Below are positions 28,420-37,979 of a DNA stretch of 64,000 nt, in pieces; positions within the stretch are counted from its first letter, which is position 1, and every line of letters starts with the position of its first letter. Under the pieces are notes generated by a model, which worked only from the letters and a program-made list of their open reading frames with translations, was not told the origin of the DNA and searched no databases. The DNA is from Spirochaetales bacterium (GTDB taxonomy: Bacteria > Spirochaetota > Spirochaetia > JABEVK01). Both the position numbers and the translations under genes were made by a program. The stretch lies in assembly GCA_027451945.1 (NCBI GenBank), contig DAIDHT010000033.1, forward strand, positions 4,245 to 68,244. Reading direction: 5' to 3'.

Positions 28420-29328
28420 ATGTTGCTCAGCCTCACCATCGGTTTTTTGATGCTGATAACCAAGATGACGGCATATGTCATCACCAACTCGGCCGCGATC
28501 ATGTCGGACGCCGCCGAGTCTGTGGTACACGTCGTCGCGGTCACCTTTGCCTTTTACAGCCTCAAACTTTCGTCAAAACGGTCAGACAAGTCCCATCAGT
28601 TTGGCTACGATCGTATCAGCTTTTTCAGCGCCGGGTTTGAGGGGGCAATGATTGTTCTGGCGGCCTTATTCATCATTTACGAAGCGGTCCTCAAATTTAT
28701 TGAAGGCCCACGATTAAGTGACGTCGATGTCGGTACGATCATCAGTGGGGTTGTTCTTGTCGTCAACGGGATTCTGGGCCTGAGTCTGGTTCAAATTGGC
28801 AAACGAAAAAACAATTTGATTCTTGAAGCCAACGGCCGCCACGTTCTGACCGATTCTGTCACCTCGGGTGGGGTTTTAATCGGCTTGCTCTTGGTTTTGT
28901 TTTTTCCTAAAAATTGGATCCACGTAGGGACTTGGACGTTTGATCCTGCCTATTTTGACCCAATTTTCGCCATCTTAGCCGCCTTAAATATCTTGTCCGA
29001 AGGCGGAAAGCTCATGAAACGCTCTTTTTCGGGCCTGATGGACCGCGTCACACCCGAAGAAGAACGAAAACTCGAAGAGGTTTTAGCAGCCGCCTGCCAA
29101 GCTGAAAAAGCAGAGTATCACGAGGCGCGCTTTCGCAACTCGGGCAACCGATACTGGATCCAAGTCCACCTGTTGTTTGACGACAGCGCCCGCCTTCGTG
29201 ATGCCCACCGGTCAGCGACACGGATCGAGCAAACGCTCGCCGCGTCGTTTCCCGGCTGTATGGTGACCACTCATCTTGAAACTCGTAAGGATCACGATGC
29301 CATTCACCCCCCTGCCCCCGAGGTGTAG
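28420..29328 (+). CDS. cation diffusion facilitator (CDF) family metal efflux transporter
   Basis: HQFGYDRISFFSAGFEGAMIVLAALFIIYEA and HVLTDSVTSGGVLIGL motifs. The start was set at the first ATG after the jetC stop. Upstream ATGs would overlap jetC. Confidence 0.75.
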   Translation: MLLSLTIGFLMLITKMTAYVITNSAAIMSDAAESVVHVVAVTFAFYSLKLSSKRSDKSHQFGYDRISFFSAGFEGAMIVLAALFIIYEAVLKFIEGPRLSDVDVGTIISGVVLVVNGILGLSLVQIGKRKNNLILEANGRHVLTDSVTSGGVLIGLLLVLFFPKNWIHVGTWTFDPAYFDPIFAILAALNILSEGGKLMKRSFSGLMDRVTPEEERKLEEVLAAACQAEKAEYHEARFRNSGNRYWIQVHLLFDDSARLRDAHRSATRIEQTLAASFPGCMVTTHLETRKDHDAIHPPAPEV

Positions 29329-29358
29329 GCCTCAGCGTGAAGCCTCAAGGTATAAGCT

Positions 29359-31821
29359 CTAGCCCATTACGACTTCGACGCTATGTTTTCCGGGCAAGGC
29401 GGGAATGATATTTCCCGCTATCGGTTTGCCGTCAACCGTAACAGCGGCCACACCTTTAGAAACACCTTTTGGGTTTTTGACGTGAATCTCGAAGGTTCCC
29501 TCCCGGAAGGTACGGGTAGCTCGGAACTCTTTCCACTCACGCGGCACGCAAGGGTCAATTTGAAGCCCTTCAAAGTGCGGTTTGATACCAAAGATGCCCT
29601 GACTCACGACGACAAACGTCCAAGCGGCCGTCCCCGTCAGCCAAGAGTTTTTGGCTTCACCAAAACAAGGTGCGTCCTTGCCGGCAGTCATCTGAGCATA
29701 GACGTAGGGCTCGGACCGGTAGATATCAATTTGTTCTTCTTTTTTTGAAGGGCAAATCGAGTGATAGTACTCTAGGGCCCGATCACCTTCGCCTAACAGG
29801 CACCACCCCAAATGTATCCAGGTATTATTGTGACTAAAAATTCCTGCGTTCTCTTTTACCCCCGGCGGGTACGAGGTGACCTCTCCATATTCCTTGCGGT
29901 AGGTGCTATACGGAGGCTGTTGCAAGACGATACCGTTAGAGGTATACAACCGCTGATGTACGCTTTCTAACGCCTGTCGTGCCCGACCGTTCTCGGCACC
30001 AGCACCGCCCAAAACCGCCCAACCTTGGCTTTCAATAAAGATTTGTCCTTCGTCATTGGTATGAGAACCGATGACCTTTCCCGCAGCATCGTAGGCTCTG
30101 GTGTACCAGGCTCCATCCCAAGCAACCTGTTCTATCGTGTCGAGCATCGTTTGCCTGAGGGCTTTGATCCGTTGGGCATCGGCATTACGGCCCAGAAATT
30201 CATAAAGTTGTGCTAAATCGCGTGCTGCATACAAGAACAACCCCGCGATCATCACCGATTCTGCCGACGAGCCGTTGACATCGCCAGCGGTTTGAAAGCT
30301 TTCATTGGGTTCTGTCGAAAAACAGTTCAGATTGAGGCAATCGTTCCAGTCGGCGTGGCCAATCAACGGCAGGCCATGCGGGCCCCTTTTAGCCATGGTG
30401 TAGGCAATGGACGTTTCTAGGTGATGCAACAAATTTTCTTTTTTTGCGTTGGTATAATCTTTGTCGGCGTACCCGCAGGGGGCTTCCAGAAGGGAAACGT
30501 CTCCACTTTCTTTGATGTAGCTCACCGTCGACAGAACAAGCCATAGGTGGTCGTCGTAAAAATCTCCACCAATTTCAGAGTTTCCTTTTTTTGTTAGCGG
30601 CTGATATTGATGAAAACACGTTCCATCAGAGAGTTGAGTTGCCGCAATGTCCAAAATTCGTTCACGAGCCCGCGAGGGAATCATGTGAACAAACCCTAAC
30701 AAGTCCTGGTTAGAATCGCGGAACCCCATGCCTCGGCCTATGCCAGTTTCATACATGGACGCTGAGCGACTCATATTGAAGGTAGCCATACATTGATACT
30801 GATTCCAAATGTTGGCCATGCGGGTGGCATGAGAATCGGGGCTGTCTACTTGAAAATGCGAAAGGTTTTCGTCCCAGTAGGCTTTCAACCGTGCGAGGGC
30901 CTCATCCACCGCCTCGATTCGGCGGTATTTGGCGACTATTTGTCGTCCTAGCTCTTTGTTCATCACCATAGGGGCACTGAACTTAGGCCCGGTAAAACCC
31001 GCTAACTCATGATCAACGTACGCCAAAATGAAAGCAAACGAGGTTTCTTCGCCCGGCTTTAGGCTGAGCGTCACCTCGTGACTGCCAATGGGGTTCCAGC
31101 CAAAAGCCAGGGAGTTAAGCGCTTTTCCCGTCATTGGAACCTGAGCTTCGTGAAGACCTTCATGAACACCTACAAACACATCGCGACTGGTGTCAAAGCC
31201 TGTCACCGGTCCGGTGCAAGCAAACAACGTGTAGTGATTACGGCGTTCGCGATATTCGGTTTTGTGATAAATAACGCCGTCTTCTACTTCAACCTCGCCT
31301 ATCGAATAGGTTCTTTGGTAGTTCGTCATGTCGTTAAGCGCTTCGTAGAAGGCGAACTCTTGAAAAGAGTAGAGTTTGACCTGTTTCGGTGCGTTCGAAA
31401 GGTTCTTTACCGTCACCTTCCATAGCTCAAGATTATCCCCTGGGGGCACCAGCATGGTCTGCGACACCGATAACTGATTTTTAACACCAGTAATGGTGGT
31501 ATAGCCAAGGCCATGGCGGCATTCGTACGAATCCAAGGCCGTCTTGACAGGCTTCCACCCTGGGTTCCACACCAAATCCCCCTCACGGACGTAGAGGTAC
31601 CGACCACCCAAATCATAGGGAATATTATTGTACCGGTAGCGGGTCAGGCGCCGCAGTTTGGCGTCTTTCCAAAAGGTGTAACCGCCGCCGGTATTGGTAC
31701 ACAGACCAAAGAATTCATCCTGGCCAAGATAATTTAGCCAGGGCAGAGGGGTATCGGGACGGACAATGACGTATTCGCGGCTCGCGTCGTCAAAATGCCC
31801 GTAAGGGTTGGGATGCGGCAT
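29359..31821 (-). CDS. glycoside hydrolase family 94 phosphorylase (cellobiose/cellodextrin/chitobiose phosphorylase-like)
   Basis: 820 aa. It has an N-terminal beta-sandwich and an (alpha/alpha)6 catalytic region with RGMGFRDSNQDLLG and HADWNDCLN motifs typical of GH94. Confidence 0.85.
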   Translation of the reverse strand: MPHPNPYGHFDDASREYVIVRPDTPLPWLNYLGQDEFFGLCTNTGGGYTFWKDAKLRRLTRYRYNNIPYDLGGRYLYVREGDLVWNPGWKPVKTALDSYECRHGLGYTTITGVKNQLSVSQTMLVPPGDNLELWKVTVKNLSNAPKQVKLYSFQEFAFYEALNDMTNYQRTYSIGEVEVEDGVIYHKTEYRERRNHYTLFACTGPVTGFDTSRDVFVGVHEGLHEAQVPMTGKALNSLAFGWNPIGSHEVTLSLKPGEETSFAFILAYVDHELAGFTGPKFSAPMVMNKELGRQIVAKYRRIEAVDEALARLKAYWDENLSHFQVDSPDSHATRMANIWNQYQCMATFNMSRSASMYETGIGRGMGFRDSNQDLLGFVHMIPSRARERILDIAATQLSDGTCFHQYQPLTKKGNSEIGGDFYDDHLWLVLSTVSYIKESGDVSLLEAPCGYADKDYTNAKKENLLHHLETSIAYTMAKRGPHGLPLIGHADWNDCLNLNCFSTEPNESFQTAGDVNGSSAESVMIAGLFLYAARDLAQLYEFLGRNADAQRIKALRQTMLDTIEQVAWDGAWYTRAYDAAGKVIGSHTNDEGQIFIESQGWAVLGGAGAENGRARQALESVHQRLYTSNGIVLQQPPYSTYRKEYGEVTSYPPGVKENAGIFSHNNTWIHLGWCLLGEGDRALEYYHSICPSKKEEQIDIYRSEPYVYAQMTAGKDAPCFGEAKNSWLTGTAAWTFVVVSQGIFGIKPHFEGLQIDPCVPREWKEFRATRTFREGTFEIHVKNPKGVSKGVAAVTVDGKPIAGNIIPALPGKHSVEVVMG

Positions 31822-31922
31822 GGGGACTCCTTGTTGCCCAACTCTGAGATCTGGGCAAAAACCTACGAAAAACTATAGAATCACCCGCATTTTCTGTCAA
31901 TTTAACTATAGGCAATCGGTTG

Positions 31923-33056
31923 CTATTTTTTGGTAAACTGAAAAAATTTTACCCTAAGGGGCCCGTTCGAAAGTTCTCGAACGACAAAAGGCTCCCGGTC
32001 CATATCCTGGGGCAGACTCTCAAGCGGGGTTAAAACACCTACCGACCAGTCTGGAAAAGCGCGGTCCCAGCCGGCCATAGCCCGCGAGAGCTCTCGGGCA
32101 GCGGCAACAGTCTCTAAGCGTTCGCCGTACGGGGGGTTCGTCACCACGAAGCCCGGTTCCTCAAGCCCCCAAAATCTCGCCGAAACCTTTTCCATGGGTT
32201 GCACGTCAAGACGCAAGTGTTCTTCCAACCCTAGCGCTTGGACATTTTTTCGAGCGGACCGCAACACGACAGGGTCCTTATCGCTACCAAAAAGGCGCAC
32301 CCGATGAGATAGGTCTGCTTTCTGACGAGCTTCGTCGCGAAGAAGATCCCAGTCGAGAGCCGAAAAGGGTCGAAGGTGTTCAAAAGTAAAAGAACGCTTA
32401 AGCCCAGGGGGAAGGTCATAAGCATACAGAAGAGCTTCGGTAAGAATGGTACCAGAACCGCAAAACGGATCGACCAACGGGTACTTACGCCGCCACCCCG
32501 AAAATAATACCAAGGCCGCCGCGAGGTTTTCTTTGAGCGGGGCTTCGCCCGTAGCCTGTCGATAGCCTCGGTTGTGCAAAGCCGGACCCGTAGAATCAAG
32601 AAAAACCTCAAGTTGATCTTTGGCTAAGGTTACCCGCAACGCGACAAGGGGGCCGTTCTGAGGGAGGCGTGTCAAACGAAAGCGGCGGCAGAGGGTTTCA
32701 AAGACCGCCTTTTGCACCATGCTTTGAACGGCAGGGACACTCGTTAACTGGGACTGATACAAGCGTACCTTTTCGATATGAATTGTCACCGCTGGCGTTA
32801 ACCAGTCTTCCCAAGCCGCCGAGCGTACTGCTTCAAACAGCTGGTCAAAATCTCTCGCCTGAGCTTTTACCAATCGAATCAAAACTCGTTCAGCTGTCCG
32901 TGAACCAAGGTTAGCGTGGTATACCGCCTCCCAGGGCCCCTGAAAATCCACTCGTCCCGGGCTAGAACTCATGACGTGGTAGCCAAGACCTTTCAATTCA
33001 TCCTTAACTAACTTTTCAACACCAAAAGGGCATAGGGCACTTAGCTCCAAGTTCAT
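31923..33056 (-). CDS. THUMP-domain class I SAM-dependent RNA methyltransferase (RlmL/RlmK-like)
   Basis: DPFCGSGTIL (SAM motif I) and VTNPPYGERL (motif IV) following a THUMP-like N-terminus. Confidence 0.75.
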   Translation of the reverse strand: MNLELSALCPFGVEKLVKDELKGLGYHVMSSSPGRVDFQGPWEAVYHANLGSRTAERVLIRLVKAQARDFDQLFEAVRSAAWEDWLTPAVTIHIEKVRLYQSQLTSVPAVQSMVQKAVFETLCRRFRLTRLPQNGPLVALRVTLAKDQLEVFLDSTGPALHNRGYRQATGEAPLKENLAAALVLFSGWRRKYPLVDPFCGSGTILTEALLYAYDLPPGLKRSFTFEHLRPFSALDWDLLRDEARQKADLSHRVRLFGSDKDPVVLRSARKNVQALGLEEHLRLDVQPMEKVSARFWGLEEPGFVVTNPPYGERLETVAAARELSRAMAGWDRAFPDWSVGVLTPLESLPQDMDREPFVVRELSNGPLRVKFFQFTKK

Positions 33057-33128
33057 GCTTTCTTCCTCTTTTCTTTTGTCCCCGTTAAAATACCAGAAAT
33101 CGGCTTCTCGCGGAACGCCAGTTCTTTT

Positions 33129-34010
33129 TTGAACGCTAACCTTTTAAGTTTCTTCAGGAGTGCTATGATCGATTGGATGCGCCTTGCCGAAGCTGACACC
33201 CGTCCGGAGCCCTTTGACCCCCTCGATGGCCCGATCTGGAACGAGCCATACATGGCGTCTCACATTCTTTACGCTCATCTTGACTCTCGCGACGACGACG
33301 CCAGTCGGCCTTTGTCCCAAATTGAACGCGAGTGCTCCTGGATTGATCAGCGGGCCCGAGCTCACCTGGGTGCCAAAACAACCTTGAGGGCCCTCGACCT
33401 TGGCAGTGGTCCGGGCCTTTACGCCCATGAGCTTGCCCGCCGGGGGTGGTCGGTGTGGGGCGTCGATTTATCAGCGACGGCGGTGGCCTATGCAACCGAG
33501 CAAGCTGAAGACGAAGGCCTTGATGCTCACTTTCTTACCGCAGACCTTCATACCTGGGAGTTTTCAAGGGGTTTTGACCTTATCATAATGACCTATGGAA
33601 CGTTGGGGACCTTTTCGCCTTCTCAGAGCCAGAGGTGGCTTCGACAGTGCCGCGAGGCCCTGAACCCCGGCGGCCTTTTGATTTTTGATACCTTTGACCA
33701 CCGCTGGTGGAAGGCTGAACGACGCCAACCTCAAACCTGGAAAGTCCACCGTGGACCTGGGTTCTGGTCGAACGAGGACCACCTTGTCTTGAATCGCCAG
33801 TATGTTTATCCTAAGCTGAGGACTTTCGCCCGCGTTTGGACGGTGTTGGAGTCTTCCCGTCTGCGTCGTTTTGCCTTTTGGTACCGTTGGCACGAGATTC
33901 CCCATTTGCAGGAACTCTTAGCCGGCTGGTCGGTGGAGTGGTATGGCGGGCTAGAGGGTCAAACCTGCGCTTCCACAGGCTGGATCGCGGCTGTGGCCCG
34001 TAAGGAGTAA
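33129..34010 (+). CDS. class I SAM-dependent methyltransferase
   Basis: LDLGSGPGLYAHELARRGWSVWGVDLS (motif I/II) and LNPGGLLIFDT (motif III). The start may be an internal Met. Confidence 0.7.
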   Translation: MNANLLSFFRSAMIDWMRLAEADTRPEPFDPLDGPIWNEPYMASHILYAHLDSRDDDASRPLSQIERECSWIDQRARAHLGAKTTLRALDLGSGPGLYAHELARRGWSVWGVDLSATAVAYATEQAEDEGLDAHFLTADLHTWEFSRGFDLIIMTYGTLGTFSPSQSQRWLRQCREALNPGGLLIFDTFDHRWWKAERRQPQTWKVHRGPGFWSNEDHLVLNRQYVYPKLRTFARVWTVLESSRLRRFAFWYRWHEIPHLQELLAGWSVEWYGGLEGQTCASTGWIAAVARKE

Positions 34011-34015
34011 GCCTT

Positions 34016-35164
34016 TTGGCACTGAATCATCTCTTTGAAATCACTCGCTTTTCATCCTTTTTAGAAGCACTTGTTGAAAACCCAGAATACCGCTCGGCCC
34101 TTCAAAGGCCCGTAGCCCTCCTCGTCGAAGCTGATCAACGACCACTCAACCTTAAAGAATGGATCACGTTTTGGGATGAGCCCACCAAGCTCGTCACTGA
34201 AGCGGAATATGAGCTTTGGCGCCTTCTGTTAGATTTTTCGCCCGACGAAATGCAAGTTATCCTCCGGTGGCTCTTAGATCGCACCATTCGGGAGTACGGC
34301 AGCGGTGACAACCCTCTGGGCAGTCAGGACGCCTTAGAGCTGTTGTTAATTGTCCTTCACGAACTGGCCCGCGATACACCCCCGCTAGTTTTGACGTCAC
34401 TCGTGGAACAGTACCTCCCCCTGACGAAAGAACCAGCCATGGCCTGTGATTTATACCAGTGGCTGTTTAGCTTTTCGTTTGACCCCGAAAACCCGGGCAT
34501 GCCGTCGTACCTGCTGGCGGTTCAAGGTCTCGAAAAGGCGCGTCAGAGTGGCGATCGGGAACGCATCGGCTACAGTGCCTACAACCTCGTAACCTACCAT
34601 TCCTTTCACGATGCCCACGAAGCCCTTTCGGTCTTAGAAGACAACCTCGAGTATCTGGCCGATGACCGCTACTATGATGCTTTGGGCAATATTGCCCTCA
34701 AGCTTTTAGAAGAACGCCCCTCGGACCGAGCGATCACCTTTTTGGAAACAGTGTGGTACTTCACCTGTCGTACCGCCGCCGAGGGGGGCTTGGCTGAGTT
34801 GCGGTCTATTGGCTTCAACTTGGCTTATTACGGACTCAACTTGGCCTGGGTTGCTTATGACGTTCAAGATTTTGCGCGGGCGCTCAAAATTCTCGACAAA
34901 CTCAGGCTCATCTTGCTCGCTGAACGCGAAGAGTTTGGCCAGGCAGCGCAAGACTTAGGAAAGCACCCTGTAGACTGGGGGTTCCAATACTATGCCCATC
35001 TTGCCGAAACCTTTTTATGGTCACAAGCCTGCCTCGAAGAGAGCGGCCGCCTTCCCGAAGCCCAAAAGCTTTCTCAGGAGTTCGCGGATTGGAGGCTGAC
35101 TTGCCCTTACGACATCGAATCGGTCGTGCAAGAATTCTTTCGCGACCGCGATGACCCCGAGTAA
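34016..35164 (+). CDS. hypothetical helical protein (382 aa)
   Basis: ORF 6 nt after the methyltransferase gene. No recognisable motif. Confidence 0.5.
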   Translation: MALNHLFEITRFSSFLEALVENPEYRSALQRPVALLVEADQRPLNLKEWITFWDEPTKLVTEAEYELWRLLLDFSPDEMQVILRWLLDRTIREYGSGDNPLGSQDALELLLIVLHELARDTPPLVLTSLVEQYLPLTKEPAMACDLYQWLFSFSFDPENPGMPSYLLAVQGLEKARQSGDRERIGYSAYNLVTYHSFHDAHEALSVLEDNLEYLADDRYYDALGNIALKLLEERPSDRAITFLETVWYFTCRTAAEGGLAELRSIGFNLAYYGLNLAWVAYDVQDFARALKILDKLRLILLAEREEFGQAAQDLGKHPVDWGFQYYAHLAETFLWSQACLEESGRLPEAQKLSQEFADWRLTCPYDIESVVQEFFRDRDDPE

Positions 35165-35191
35165 ACCGGGGCTCGCCTACAAAACTCCGTC

Positions 35192-35992
35192 CTATGCAAA
35201 ACCCATGAGGCGATACACCAACATACCTACCATTTCTTTGACAAAGGTCTGAACGGTATCTAAATCATGTGGCGTGGGAACAAGGTTGAAAGGGAACCCT
35301 TGCGAGTCTTCACGAGTATCTACGGGCCAAGGTACCAGGTGGTGCCCACCATCCTCGAACCCCGCTTTTTTGAAGACAGCCAAGGCTCGAGGCATGTGGA
35401 AGGCTGAAGTAATAAGAACAAAACTATGAAAGCCGTGAGCGTCGCAAATTTGGCGCGAGAACTCAGCGTTCTCGCGGGTGTTTCGTGAACGGTCTTCGAC
35501 AAAAATGTTCTCGGGGTTGACCCCCATACTTTCGGCCCACGTAGCCAGACCGGGGGCCTCGGCGGCATGCGGATGTGTCAGATCGCCGCTTCCCGAAGAA
35601 ATAACCAGGTTTTTAACCCTGCCCTCTCGATACAGCTGCACCGCCTCGGTGATCCGCTCAGCGGCTTCATTAAACTCGAGATGCGTGGGTGTAGAAATCA
35701 CGGGGTCACTAAGCCCACCCAAAACAATAGCGGCATCAGAGACCGTCGGCAAAGCCGACAGCGGTTGACGGGGGTATTCCCAGACTTTGACCAGCAAATT
35801 TGCAAACCACGGGCTGGCAAGAAGCCAAAGGGCCAACGCAGTGAAGCGCACCGTTCGACGAAAAGCCCTGCCCTTTTCCCGATCATACCGAGGGGTTGCA
35901 ACGAACGAACCCACGAAAAGAATCAACAGCGCTAAAGGCAGAGGATACAAGAGCAAAGGAATAACTTTCGAAAGCACAAAAAACACATCCAC
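35192..35992 (-). CDS. YdcF/DUF218 (ElyC/SanA-like) family protein
   Basis: N-terminal TM helices followed by AIVLGG ... VISSGSG ... LITSAFHMPRA, the DUF218 pattern. Confidence 0.7.
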   Translation of the reverse strand: MDVFFVLSKVIPLLLYPLPLALLILFVGSFVATPRYDREKGRAFRRTVRFTALALWLLASPWFANLLVKVWEYPRQPLSALPTVSDAAIVLGGLSDPVISTPTHLEFNEAAERITEAVQLYREGRVKNLVISSGSGDLTHPHAAEAPGLATWAESMGVNPENIFVEDRSRNTRENAEFSRQICDAHGFHSFVLITSAFHMPRALAVFKKAGFEDGGHHLVPWPVDTREDSQGFPFNLVPTPHDLDTVQTFVKEMVGMLVYRLMGFA

Positions 35993-35994
35993 GT

Positions 35995-37653
35995 TTAAGT
36001 CCCCCCTATTGGGTTTCCATTAAGATCGAAACTCTGCACCAAAGCCAAGGTTCCCCCCGCCGAGGGCCGATACCGGTAGATATAGACACCGGAGGTATCC
36101 ACGGTGGGCCGTTCATCAATCCCTTCGTGGGCTTCTTCGCTTAAATCACCAAATTTGTCATATTTCCACAAATAGATGGCTACGCCTCGGTTGTCGTCTT
36201 TTAGTTGACCGAGAGTTCCCAGGTTCCTCTGTTTAATCCGTAAACCATGCTCATCGTACGTCCACTCATACGAGGCTACGCCTTGGGGGTCAAGTTTTAA
36301 CTGACCGTCCAGCCCCAGATTGTCCTGACGGAGCAAATGTCCCTGACTGTCGTACGTCCAACGGTAGCCAGCCAAGCCGTTATTGGCTTCCATGAGTTGC
36401 CCTGGAGCTGATTCAAAGCGTTCTTGGGTCAACTGACCCCGTACGTTATACTGACGCCTAACAATCATCACCCCTTGACTGTTAGGAACCGGCTGAAGTT
36501 GGGCGTTATAGGTTTTGAAGGTGATGGGGTTTCCCTCTTGGTCGTACGTCCAGCGCCGGACAGCGATTCCGTCAACATCGTCTTTGAGCTCATAGCGTTC
36601 CGAAACTGACTTTTGAACCGACGGGAGCGCGGCGTAGTACGGGTTAATTTCAAGCCCGTAAATGTCTTGTTCTTTTTGATTAGACTGATCAAACCACTGA
36701 GTCTTGACCATGGCGGCCCCCCGGTCATCCAAGGTCAATTGCCCTTGAGTGTCGTAGCGCCAGACTCTGGTCCAATGCAGGGCATCATTGTACTGCCAGA
36801 CGTAACGGGCCACCCCGTTTTGGTCCGTAATGGGGCGGCCTTGCGCATCCCAAAAGTCCTGTTCTTGAAGACGACCCTGTGAATCCCAAACCTTGGTCCA
36901 GCGGGCAATGCCATTCCAGCCCCCCACCGGCTGACCCTGCAGGTTCAACCTCGTCTCACTGACCGGGTTACCTGCTTCGTCATACGTCCACGCAAACGAA
37001 GCAACTCCTGTAGGTTCCGCCATGGGTTTGCCGTTGATATCTAAAAGTTTCGCCGTCAAACGGTTACCCTGGTTATCGTAGGTAAAGTCTATTTCGCCCA
37101 CTCCAGCTTTATTAACAGTACGTTCCCCACTCTTATCGAGGCGTATTGAACGCACCCGGCGACCTTGGCTATCGGGCACCCACAAATAGGCGCTGATGCC
37201 CGAGCTGTCATCCTTGAGGTTCCCGGCTCGGTCATACTGAAACATTGCCACAAAGGCTCCCGAGGTGTTCTTTTTCAGACGACGAACGGCGATTCCGTCG
37301 CTATCCTCTATGACCAGACCCTGAGGGTTTTCGTTGGTACGAATTTCCCAATCACCGTCCTCGGTCACGATGATACGTGCCACTCCGGTGTTGGGAGCAG
37401 GAGCGTTGACGCCACGGCGGAAGTAATCGACCTCTTTGACTTGCCCTTGAACTGTGGTCACAGCCCAGCAATCGCTAGCCTTCCAGTCAGAGCCCGAAAG
37501 AGGGTACCGCCCCACAAAGCGATAACCGCCATCCAACGTGAGGCGCGTAAAGCGATACGTTTTTTGGAGGGGTGCCTCTTGGGCGAACAAAGGGGTTGCC
37601 AACACCAGAAACAGACTGATCAGCCACCCTCCGAAACGAACACGGCCATTCAT
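35995..37653 (-). CDS. secreted YD-repeat (RHS-like repeat) protein, 552 aa, with no C-terminal toxin domain
   Basis: Many YD-type repeats (WTYDEAGNPV, YDNQGNRLTAKLLDINGKP, YRYRPSAGGTLALVQSFDLNGNPIGGT). The start was set at the Met preceding the signal peptide (MNGRVRFGGWLISLFLVLATPLFAQEA). Confidence 0.7.
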   Translation of the reverse strand: MNGRVRFGGWLISLFLVLATPLFAQEAPLQKTYRFTRLTLDGGYRFVGRYPLSGSDWKASDCWAVTTVQGQVKEVDYFRRGVNAPAPNTGVARIIVTEDGDWEIRTNENPQGLVIEDSDGIAVRRLKKNTSGAFVAMFQYDRAGNLKDDSSGISAYLWVPDSQGRRVRSIRLDKSGERTVNKAGVGEIDFTYDNQGNRLTAKLLDINGKPMAEPTGVASFAWTYDEAGNPVSETRLNLQGQPVGGWNGIARWTKVWDSQGRLQEQDFWDAQGRPITDQNGVARYVWQYNDALHWTRVWRYDTQGQLTLDDRGAAMVKTQWFDQSNQKEQDIYGLEINPYYAALPSVQKSVSERYELKDDVDGIAVRRWTYDQEGNPITFKTYNAQLQPVPNSQGVMIVRRQYNVRGQLTQERFESAPGQLMEANNGLAGYRWTYDSQGHLLRQDNLGLDGQLKLDPQGVASYEWTYDEHGLRIKQRNLGTLGQLKDDNRGVAIYLWKYDKFGDLSEEAHEGIDERPTVDTSGVYIYRYRPSAGGTLALVQSFDLNGNPIGGT

Positions 37654-37742
37654 GGGCGCCAGAATAACACGCCCCAAAAAATTCAGCAAGAAACACTGGA
37701 CAATTCTAGGGACCGGGATTAAATTTTGAATTGGGAGGTGCA

Positions 37743-37922
37743 ATGACAATAGAAAAAGCGAGCGGCTCGGACCCGCTCCTAGTACGACCGTCAGCTACGA
37801 CGGACCGCCCCTCCGGCCAAGCGCAAGCAACCCAAAAGATTTCATCCGAAGAAGTCAGGGAAACAGACCGGAGAGCCAACCAAGATGAGGCAAGGGGCAC
37901 AAAAATCAATGTCCTGGCATGA
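37743..37922 (+). CDS. small hydrophilic protein (59 aa), hypothetical
   Basis: ATG 5 nt after GGGAGGTG. MTIEKASGSDPLLVRPSATTDRPSGQAQATQKISSEEVRETDRRANQDEARGTKINVLA. A strong intrinsic terminator follows immediately. Confidence 0.45.
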   Translation: MTIEKASGSDPLLVRPSATTDRPSGQAQATQKISSEEVRETDRRANQDEARGTKINVLA

Positions 37923-37932
37923 CGAAGCGAGT

Positions 37933-37962
37933 GGCGCATCTACACAAGATGCGCCTTTTTTC
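37933..37962 (+). terminator. Rho-independent terminator
   Basis: GGCGCATCT-acaca-AGATGCGCC followed by TTTTTTCTTT. Confidence 0.65.
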
Positions 37963-37979
37963 TTTATAATGAGTCTTCC

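Noticed and set aside
29329-29358. GCCTCA...GCCTCA repeat between the convergent CDF and GH94 genes, considered as a bidirectional terminator.
   Set aside because: It is a direct repeat, not an inverted one, so no stable hairpin forms, and there is no U-tract.
34016-35164. 382-aa unknown protein considered as a displaced JetD/MksG.
   Set aside because: It has no toprim acidic motif (E...DxD) or DUF2220-like N-terminal region. It is an all-helical protein downstream of an unrelated methyltransferase.
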